64,000 nucleotides of DNA, taken from the IMG/VR virus record IMGVR_UViG_3300050501_000377; one strand, written 5' to 3'. Of this stretch, positions 22,882-30,038 are shown in pieces. The DNA is from a virus. Under the pieces are notes generated by a model. That model searched no databases. It was not told the origin of the DNA and was given only the letters and a program-made list of their open reading frames with translations. The stretch's first letter is position 1. The number at the start of each line of letters is the position of its first letter. The position numbers were made by a program, and so were the translations under genes.

Positions 22882-23097
22882 ATGGGAAAGGCCCGCCGCA
22901 CCTACCGCACGCTGAACGAATATCTGAGCGCCACCGCGACCAGCCAGGTCGCGTTCGCCCGTGCCCTCGACGTCCAACAGTCCGCCGTCAGCCAGTGGGT
23001 CACCGGCCTGCGCGTGCCGCGCCCCGAGCTGGCGCTGAAGATTCACAAGAAGACCGGCATTGCGCTGGAGGGGTTACTCAACAAGAAGAAGAAGTAG
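22882..23097 (+). CDS. Cro/YdaS-like HTH DNA-binding protein, 71 aa
   Basis: SQVAFARALDVQQSAVSQWVTGLRVP is an HTH. Small, basic C-tail, divergent from the repressor. Confidence 0.65.
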   Translation: MGKARRTYRTLNEYLSATATSQVAFARALDVQQSAVSQWVTGLRVPRPELALKIHKKTGIALEGLLNKKKK

Positions 23098-23140
23098 TCG
23101 AGCGAGAGCCGAGAGCCGAGCGAGAGGAGCGAGCACCGCG

Positions 23141-24556
23141 ATGACGACACCACCGACCACCCCGACAGCGCCGTTGAATCTCTGGCTGACTGACCGGAGT
23201 CGCTGGAAGGCGGCGGTGACCTGCTGGCGCAAGCGTTACCTGGGGTATCACTTCGGTCCCACCGGCTACGGCATCACCACCCGACGCGACTCGCTGCCGC
23301 TGGTCACCGGCATCGTCGTCCACCACATCCTCGAAGCGTTCGCACGGCTGCTGGCGAAGTTCGACCGGCTGCCCGATCTCGTCGAGACCCGCGACATCAT
23401 CAACGACGCGGTCGCGGGCTACATCACGCGGGTGGAAGCGCGCGGCTACACCAGCATCCTCGGCAGCGCGCAGACCGAAGAGACGATCAAAGAGCAGTCG
23501 ACCCTGGCCGCAGGGCTGGCCTGGGCGCTGCGCCTGAAGTTCCTCCCCTGGTTACTACAAACCTACAAGGTGGTCACGGTGGAGCAGGAGCGGCTGCACT
23601 TCCTCGACTGCAGCTGCGGCGCGCCGCCCCTCGACCAGGACGAACACATCCGCCGCGGCTGCAGCGGCAAGGCGCTGATGATCCGCACCGACTTACTGGC
23701 GCAGCGCCGGAGCGGGCAGAGCCTCGCCTACTTCGAGGCGAAGACGACGGGGTGGGAGTCTGCGGCTTGGAGCGAGAAGTGGGAGACCGACCCGCAGCTG
23801 GCGATCGGCACGCTCGACGCGCAGCAGCTGTGGGGCGCCGAGGTGACCGAGACCTTCATCATCGGCTTGAGCAAGGGGACGCGGCAGAAGGATCGCTATG
23901 AAGACGACCCGATGAAGCGGCAGCTGTCGCCGCTCTGCTACGGCTTTGTGCGACCAAGTAACCCGCCGATTCAACACGAGGACTGGCTCCCGAGCTACGA
24001 GTGGATCGATGCCGAGGGGCAGACCAAGCGCAAGAGCAAGGCGCATCGCCGCAAGGGCGTCTGGCATCTGCCGGAGAGTGACTGGCCGACCTGGCGCGCC
24101 TATGCCACCGCCAACCCGGAGATGAGTCCCGCCGAGTTCTGGGTCAGGATGCTGCCGCCCAGCGTCCTCGACAAGGTGTGCTTCATCCTCGGGCCGATGA
24201 ACAGGCAGGACCATCAGCTGGAGTCGCTGATGCGCGGCTTCGCCGGGGACGAGGCGCGCTGGCAGCAGGCGCTCTGGGAATTGTACGAGCTGCAGGCGGC
24301 GGGACACGCCTGGGCGAGCGACACCTTCCAGCACGCGCTCGACCGCATCATCCCCTGCAGCTGGAACTGCCGGCCGTTCGGGCGCGAACACGAGTGCGAG
24401 TTCGTCCCGATCTGCCACCGCCACAGCGGCTGGGAAGATCCGCTCGGCACGGGCCGGTATCAGCCGCGGTTACCTCACCACCAACCAGAGTTAGACCAGG
24501 CGGTCGCACGCGGGCTGCTGCCGGCGGAAGCCGAAGCGGTCGACGAGGAGGAGTGA
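23141..24556 (+). CDS. PD-(D/E)XK exonuclease, Cas4/RecB-like, with Cys cluster
   Basis: Starts MTTPPTTPTAPLNLW. Nuclease core motif D...AYFEAKT. C-terminal CSWNCRPFGREHECEFVPIC plus an N-terminal Cys suggests a 4-Cys (Fe-S type) cluster. Confidence 0.65.
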   Translation: MTTPPTTPTAPLNLWLTDRSRWKAAVTCWRKRYLGYHFGPTGYGITTRRDSLPLVTGIVVHHILEAFARLLAKFDRLPDLVETRDIINDAVAGYITRVEARGYTSILGSAQTEETIKEQSTLAAGLAWALRLKFLPWLLQTYKVVTVEQERLHFLDCSCGAPPLDQDEHIRRGCSGKALMIRTDLLAQRRSGQSLAYFEAKTTGWESAAWSEKWETDPQLAIGTLDAQQLWGAEVTETFIIGLSKGTRQKDRYEDDPMKRQLSPLCYGFVRPSNPPIQHEDWLPSYEWIDAEGQTKRKSKAHRRKGVWHLPESDWPTWRAYATANPEMSPAEFWVRMLPPSVLDKVCFILGPMNRQDHQLESLMRGFAGDEARWQQALWELYELQAAGHAWASDTFQHALDRIIPCSWNCRPFGREHECEFVPICHRHSGWEDPLGTGRYQPRLPHHQPELDQAVARGLLPAEAEAVDEEE

Positions 24557-25074
24557 TGCCAGTCGGAGGGAGCCGGTTCTATGGCGGCGCGGGCCTGGGC
24601 CAGGAAGGGATCTGGGGCTGCCCGAGCTGCGGCGAAGACAACACCGGGCCGATCAGTCAGGGCTGCGTGCATTGCGGCGCCGGCAGACCCGGGCACAAGG
24701 CGGCACCGCCCCCACCACCGCCGGCACCGCCCGAGGTGCCTGAGGCGCCCGAGCCGCAGGTGGTGCAGGGCGACGTCGCCGACTACTGGGCGAGCCGGCA
24801 CGCCGACGTCTCGATCGCGGAAGCCTACCGCGCCGGCTACCTCGATGGCGTGCAGGCGGCGAGAGCGGCGGCCCGCCAGGCGCCGTCCGAGGTGCGCTAC
24901 ATCCCCGACCAGAAGATCAACCGCACCATCATCGCGGCGCTGACGCTGTTCAAAGAGCAGGTGCTCGTCCACGAACCCGACGAGATCGACAACGGCGAGT
25001 GGTTGAGTGTCGCGGAAGTCGATCTGCTGCTGCGCCGCCTGCAGCTGGAAGTTCAGGAGCCGGCTCATGTCTAA
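24556..25074 (+). CDS. zinc-ribbon protein, 172 aa
   Basis: The ATG overlaps the upstream TGA. CPSCGEDNTGPISQGCVHCG followed by a poly-Pro linker. Confidence 0.5.
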   Translation: MPVGGSRFYGGAGLGQEGIWGCPSCGEDNTGPISQGCVHCGAGRPGHKAAPPPPPPAPPEVPEAPEPQVVQGDVADYWASRHADVSIAEAYRAGYLDGVQAARAAARQAPSEVRYIPDQKINRTIIAALTLFKEQVLVHEPDEIDNGEWLSVAEVDLLLRRLQLEVQEPAHV

Positions 25075-26515
25075 CGCCGCCCGTCGCATCTTCACCGCCA
25101 CGCTGATCCTCGGCGTCCCCGGCGCCGGCAAGACGTCACTGCTCGCGCCGTTCGCCGAGTATCTCTGGGAGACCTTCCACAAGATCCTGCTGCTCTACTC
25201 CTGGGACGGCGGCGCCATCCCGACCAACCTGCAGAAGCTGATGCAGCAGGGGCTGATTCGCTTCTGGCGCGCGAGGACGCGCAGCGGCGAAGGCCTCGGG
25301 ATTGAAACGCTGATGCTGGCGACCAAGGGCTACTGGCCGGCGAAGATCAACCGCGAGACCGGCGAGACCACACCGGCCGTGCGGCTGGTGCCGCCGGTCA
25401 CCACGCGCTACACGGTCAGCTGTCGCAAGACCGGCGAGGTGCTGGCGCAGCTGCCGACACAGAGCCTGCTCACCCCGACCTACTGTACGCCCTGCAAGAC
25501 GCTGCATCCGGTCAGTGAGCTGAACGTGATGGAAGACGTCCACCGGACGAGAGGCTTCGAGCTGGTGGGCGGCGTCGCCTTCGACGGCCTGACCTCGATG
25601 GGCAGCGTCGTGCTCGATCACATGGACGAGGCGCGCGGCGCGGGGCAGATCGGCGGCGAGAAGAGCGCGTTCGGCGGCACGGTGCGGAGCGGCTCGGTCA
25701 CCTTCGGCGGCAGCAACCGCGCGGACATCGGCTTCGGCCAGACCCGCGCCCGTCAGTGTGTCCACAACAGCCTGAGCATTCCGTACCTGGTCGAGGGACC
25801 GATCTTCACCGCGCTCAGCATGGAAGCGACCGACGAAGGCGGGCTGCCGATTGTCGGCGCCAAGCTGCCAGGCCGCGCCGCGACCGATGAGGCCAGCGCG
25901 TGGTTCGGCAACGTCTATGAGATGGGGAAAGAGATCGACGACGCGGGCGGCGAGCACTTCACGCTGTTCTTGCGTCCGTTCACCGACCCGCAGAACCGTC
26001 GCCACCTGCTGAAGACCAGCGCCAGCCCCACCGGGTTACCAGATAAGCTCGTCGACCCGATCGGCCAGCCGTGGGCGCAGGCGAACCTCGGTCTGGTGTT
26101 CCGCATGTTGGACGCCGACCTGCAGCAGGCGATGACCGAGCAGATCGCGGGCGCACCGGGACTCGCCGGGACGCCGAGCGACTACGGCGAGGCCTTCGCG
26201 CAGCTGCCGGCGGCGAGCGCGCCCGCCTCGACGAGCGAGACCCTGACGCCCCTCCAGGTGCCAGTGCCAGTGCCAGTGCCAGCCGCTGCAGTGCCAGTGG
26301 CACCAGCTGCGCCCGTCGCCGTGACGGTCACCGCACGCAAGCGCAAGGTCGAGCCGCTGCCGGCCGGCAACGGGGGCGCGCCACTCTCGACGACGACACC
26401 GACGACGACTACACCGACGACGACGACGACGCCGACGACGACGACACCCGTTGTCGCTGGGCCGCCCCCGCCACCCGGGATGAAACCCCCGGCGAAGGCG
26501 CCCGGTACCCCGTAA
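25067..26515 (+). CDS. P-loop ATPase, AAA_24/Sak4-like, with Thr/Pro-rich C-terminal tail
   Basis: Walker A GVPGAGKT, Walker B-like VAFDGLTS. The tail reads TTTPTTTTPTTTTTPTTTTPVVAGPPPPPG. Internal ATG of track ORF 25007..26515. Confidence 0.6.
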   Translation: MSNAARRIFTATLILGVPGAGKTSLLAPFAEYLWETFHKILLLYSWDGGAIPTNLQKLMQQGLIRFWRARTRSGEGLGIETLMLATKGYWPAKINRETGETTPAVRLVPPVTTRYTVSCRKTGEVLAQLPTQSLLTPTYCTPCKTLHPVSELNVMEDVHRTRGFELVGGVAFDGLTSMGSVVLDHMDEARGAGQIGGEKSAFGGTVRSGSVTFGGSNRADIGFGQTRARQCVHNSLSIPYLVEGPIFTALSMEATDEGGLPIVGAKLPGRAATDEASAWFGNVYEMGKEIDDAGGEHFTLFLRPFTDPQNRRHLLKTSASPTGLPDKLVDPIGQPWAQANLGLVFRMLDADLQQAMTEQIAGAPGLAGTPSDYGEAFAQLPAASAPASTSETLTPLQVPVPVPVPAAAVPVAPAAPVAVTVTARKRKVEPLPAGNGGAPLSTTTPTTTTPTTTTTPTTTTPVVAGPPPPPGMKPPAKAPGTP

Positions 26516-26542
26516 CTCGTCATCCGTCAGAGGTGCATCGTC

Positions 26543-27214
26543 ATGGGAAAGTCACTCGCAGAACTCGCGGGCCAGCTGAAAGACGAAGTCCTGCCGACTG
26601 CCGGCCAGGACCTCGACGACCTCCCGATCTTCGGCAGCTTCGCGCCGCCGCCGCCACCCGGGGCGTATCGCTTCAAGCTCCCCGCTGGCCTGCAGACCGC
26701 GCCGATCTGGGATCTGTTCGACGCCGCCGACAAGAACCCGTCGCAGCGCGTGCGGCTGGCGTTCGACCGCGACCATCCGCTGCTGATCGTGCAGTCGCCC
26801 CAGGGCAAGAGCAACGGCGAGCCGTTCGAGACGCGCCTCACCAACAACGAGCGCGCTCGCGGCAAGGACAAGTCCGTCGTCGCCAGTGACCTCGACTACC
26901 TGCTGCGCGCCACCGGCGAGAAGGCCAAGCCGAAGAGCAACCGGGAGTACATGGCGGCGGTGCAGAAGCAGGCGGGCAAGGAGTTCAGCGCCGACCTGAG
27001 ATACAGCTGGCGCTGCAGCAAGGATCGGGATATTCGCGCCCGGGACAACGCCGGCCAGGTGCAGGTGGTCGAGGGGAAGAAGGGCTGCGGCGAAAGCTAC
27101 TACCAGGAGGATGTGCCGAAGGGCGCGAACGGCGAGGTGCCGTACGAGATCACCTGTGGCAACTGCGGCGCGCTGCTGCGGGCGTTCGCCAACGTCGACA
27201 ACATCAGGAGTTAG
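26543..27214 (+). CDS. hypothetical protein with C-terminal zinc ribbon, 223 aa (possible ssDNA-binding/annealing partner; unproven)
   Basis: GCGESYY...CGNCG. It sits between the ATPase and the sugar genes. AGAGGTG RBS. Confidence 0.45.
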   Translation: MGKSLAELAGQLKDEVLPTAGQDLDDLPIFGSFAPPPPPGAYRFKLPAGLQTAPIWDLFDAADKNPSQRVRLAFDRDHPLLIVQSPQGKSNGEPFETRLTNNERARGKDKSVVASDLDYLLRATGEKAKPKSNREYMAAVQKQAGKEFSADLRYSWRCSKDRDIRARDNAGQVQVVEGKKGCGESYYQEDVPKGANGEVPYEITCGNCGALLRAFANVDNIRS

Positions 27215-27216
27215 CG

Positions 27217-27408
27217 ATGTCGAAACCGAAGGACCCGGTCATCGCGGTGATCAACTACTTCGAGCACGCCGAACTGGCGCTCGCCCAGCAGACGCTGGCG
27301 ATCGCGTCGGCCATTGTGAAGAACCGGCAGCCGCGCGCGACGACGACGAAGAAGTCGACGAGGAAGCCGGCCGCTGCGACCGCTGAACCCGCACCGCTCA
27401 CCAACTGA
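27217..27408 (+). CDS. hypothetical protein, 63 aa
   Basis: Starts 2 nt after the upstream stop. Basic, Thr-rich tail TTTKKSTRK. Confidence 0.45.
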   Translation: MSKPKDPVIAVINYFEHAELALAQQTLAIASAIVKNRQPRATTTKKSTRKPAAATAEPAPLTN

Positions 27409-27409
27409 C

Positions 27410-28567
27410 ATGGAGCGCATCCCCTGCCTGCTGGTCGGCGACGGCCCGCAGGAACCCACCGGATTGGGACGGATCGCCCGGGACCTCGGCGTGCTCATCG
27501 GGGCGCGCAACCTCCCGCTCGATCTCGTCTCGGTCGGCGGGGCCGTGCCGCCCTGCTGGACGGCGTGGCCGCACGTCCCGATGGGCGTCGCCGAGCGGGG
27601 CGACGACTGGGGCGCGAAGTTCGTCGCCGCGATCTGGAAGGACCGCTTCGGCGAGCAGCCAGGCGTGCTGTTCCTGGTCTGGGATCCGGCGCGCCTCTAT
27701 GCATATTGCGACATCGACGTGCCGGCGAAGAAGTGGTGCTACACCGCGGTCGATTCGCACAACCGCCTGGGCGGATTGTCCGGCCCGCCCGCTGTCCCGC
27801 TGCAGACGTTCGACCGCGTGCTCGCCTATACCCGCTGGGGCGCACAGATCATCAAGTCCGTGCGCGGCGAGGACGTGAGCTACCTGCCGCACGGCCTCTG
27901 GCCGGCGGACTACAGCGAGGCGAGCGACACCGAGCGGGAGTGGGTGACGTCGCGCCTCGGGCCATACATCAATCGGGACGACACGCTCATCGGCTGCGTC
28001 GCCACCAACCAGCCGCGGAAGGATCTCGCGCTCTTCTTCGAGACGCTCGCCGTGCTGGCCGCGCGCGGGCGGAAGGTCTACGGCTGGCTGCACACCGACC
28101 TGCTGGTCAATGCCTGGAGCATCACCCAGCTGGTCGAGGACTGCGGCCTGCAGAAGCGCGTCACCGTGACGCTCGGCACGATGAACGACCGGCAGCTGGC
28201 CTGCTTCTACCAGCGCTGCGACCTGACGATCGCCCCGGGGTTGGGCGAAGGCTTCGGCTATCCGATCGTCGAGTCGCTCGCGGCCGGCGTGCCGGTCATC
28301 CATGGTGACTTCGGCGGCGGCAGTGAGCTGGTGCCGAAGGTCGAGTGGCGCGTGCCGATGCGCGAGTACCGCACCGAGAGCGTCTATGCGCTGCGCCGGC
28401 CGGTCTTCCGCATCGAGGATGTGGCGAACGCCGCCGAGCGGGCGCTCACCTGGCGAGACGAGGTCGGCCGGGAGACCGCCGCCGCGTATTGCCGCGGCAG
28501 CGTCGCGCACCTCGATTGGGAGGCGCTCGGCGACCGCTGGGTGAGCTGGATACGGAGCGGGCTATGA
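27410..28567 (+). CDS. glycosyltransferase, GT-B fold (GT4-like)
   Basis: C-terminal signature APGLGEGFGYPIVESLAAGVPVIHGDFGGGSELV is the classical E-x7-E region of GT4/GT1 enzymes. 385 aa. Confidence 0.8.
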   Translation: MERIPCLLVGDGPQEPTGLGRIARDLGVLIGARNLPLDLVSVGGAVPPCWTAWPHVPMGVAERGDDWGAKFVAAIWKDRFGEQPGVLFLVWDPARLYAYCDIDVPAKKWCYTAVDSHNRLGGLSGPPAVPLQTFDRVLAYTRWGAQIIKSVRGEDVSYLPHGLWPADYSEASDTEREWVTSRLGPYINRDDTLIGCVATNQPRKDLALFFETLAVLAARGRKVYGWLHTDLLVNAWSITQLVEDCGLQKRVTVTLGTMNDRQLACFYQRCDLTIAPGLGEGFGYPIVESLAAGVPVIHGDFGGGSELVPKVEWRVPMREYRTESVYALRRPVFRIEDVANAAERALTWRDEVGRETAAAYCRGSVAHLDWEALGDRWVSWIRSGL

Positions 28568-28773
28568 AGAAGCGCACACCGGAGATCGAGACGCTGCAGG
28601 TGCCGCACGAGTACATGGCGTTCGCCGATGCCCGCATCGCCGCGATCGTCCGGCGCGCGTGCCACGACGCGAACATCGTCGAGAGCGCCACGCGCAGCTG
28701 CTATCTGCAGGGCGTCTGGGACGGCGTGCAACTCGCCCTTGCCCGACCTGACGTGCTGGAGGCACTGCGGTGA
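28564..28773 (+). CDS. hypothetical protein, 69 aa
   Basis: The ATG overlaps the upstream stop (ATGA). Internal start of track ORF 28345..28773. Confidence 0.45.
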   Translation: MKKRTPEIETLQVPHEYMAFADARIAAIVRRACHDANIVESATRSCYLQGVWDGVQLALARPDVLEALR

Positions 28774-29030
28774 AAGCGCTGGTGCGCGCCCGCGCCATCA
28801 CCGTGACGCCGCCCGTGGGGCAGGGCAAGCCGTTCCTCGTCGCCGAGCTGCATATCAGCTGCGACATCTGCGGCGAGCACACCGTCACCTTTGCCGGCCA
28901 CCACCTGCGGCCGATCGTCGCGCTGTTCCAGGAGTTCATCGAGGCCTGCCCCGAGCTGACCGCCGAGGGCGACGTCGAAGTCGTCGGCAGACGGGAGTAC
29001 GACTTCCCGTTCGACCCGGAGAACAACTGA
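28770..29030 (+). CDS. hypothetical protein, 86 aa
   Basis: The GTG overlaps the upstream stop (GTGA). Confidence 0.45.
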   Translation: MKALVRARAITVTPPVGQGKPFLVAELHISCDICGEHTVTFAGHHLRPIVALFQEFIEACPELTAEGDVEVVGRREYDFPFDPENN

Positions 29031-29815
29031 TGCTGGGCATTGTCACCGCGACGACCAATCGCCGACGCGCCGACCCGTGCTTCCAGTCGTGGCTGCAGCA
29101 CGCCGTGACCGACCTGCCGATCCTGGTGGTGGAGAACGGCAGCAGCGACGAGCAGCCGTACCTCGGGACCGTGCCGGCGTTCCGGCGGGGCATCGACGAG
29201 ATGCTCGTGCTGTGGCCCGACGTCGACATCATCGCCTGCCTGCATGACGACGTGCTGATCCTCGAACGGGGCTGGGACGACGTCGTCGAGACCTGCTTCC
29301 GCCGCCATCCAGACGTGGGGCTGGTCGGCTTCGGCGGCGCGATCGGCCTGGGCAGCGACGAGCTGTATCAGGAACCGTATGACCCGATGCAGCTGGCGCG
29401 GATCGGCTTCCGCAGCAATCTGGTCGACGCCGAAGCGCACGGCGCGCGGAGCCTGCTGCCGGAGGAAGTCGTCTGTCTCGACGGCTTCAGTCAGATCGGG
29501 CGGCGGGCGTTCTGGCAGGGGCGGAGTCCGAGTGGCGCGACGCACATGCCGCCGTGGGACTACCTGCAGGTGAACGGCTTTGTCCACCACTTCTACGACG
29601 GGGCGCTCGGCTGTCTCGCGCGCCGGCTGCAGTGGCAGGTCTTCTACGTCCCGGTGCAGTGCCGGCACCTGGGGGGACAGACCGCTGTCGGCGACCCTGG
29701 GTATCAACGCTGGGCGGCAACACAGATTAACGGAGGCGACCGTGGGTTCTGGGAACAAGCACATCGAAAAGGCTATGACCTCTTCAGAGACGTCCTCCCG
29801 CTCCGAGTTGCCTGA
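29030..29815 (+). CDS. glycosyltransferase-like, GT-A fold (GT2-like)
   Basis: MLGIVTATTNRR...LPILVVENGSSD...IIACLHDDVLILERGW shows the N-terminal Rossmann-like start and an HDD (DxD-type) motif. The ATG overlaps the upstream TGA by 1 nt. Confidence 0.55.
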   Translation: MLGIVTATTNRRRADPCFQSWLQHAVTDLPILVVENGSSDEQPYLGTVPAFRRGIDEMLVLWPDVDIIACLHDDVLILERGWDDVVETCFRRHPDVGLVGFGGAIGLGSDELYQEPYDPMQLARIGFRSNLVDAEAHGARSLLPEEVVCLDGFSQIGRRAFWQGRSPSGATHMPPWDYLQVNGFVHHFYDGALGCLARRLQWQVFYVPVQCRHLGGQTAVGDPGYQRWAATQINGGDRGFWEQAHRKGYDLFRDVLPLRVA

Positions 29816-30038
29816 GGCGCGCGGTCGCGTGCAGCGCCTCTACCCCGAGCGCGGCTTCGGCTTCATCCGCTGCACCGAGGGCGTGGGGGAAGTCGGCAAG
29901 GACTACTTCTTTCACATGAGTGGTCTCGACGACCGGCGGATCGAGGAGCTGGAGGAAGGCGCGATGGTGGTGTTCGAGCCGCGCGTGGTCGCCAAGGGGC
30001 TGCGAGCGGAACACATTCGGAGTGAGAGCGGGTTGTGA
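29775..30038 (+). CDS. cold-shock domain protein (CspA family)
   Basis: ERGFGFIRC...KDYFFHMSGL match the RNP1/RNP2-type motifs of cold-shock proteins. Start uncertain: ATG 29775 overlaps the GT gene by 41 nt, and TTG 29808 or GTG 29829 are alternatives. Confidence 0.7.
   Translation: MTSSETSSRSELPEARGRVQRLYPERGFGFIRCTEGVGEVGKDYFFHMSGLDDRRIEELEEGAMVVFEPRVVAKGLRAEHIRSESGL

Noticed and set aside
22675-23046. 123-aa minus-strand ORF across the switch region and cro-like gene
   Set aside because: It runs antisense through the operator/promoter repeats and the better-supported HTH gene, and has no coding-like bias.
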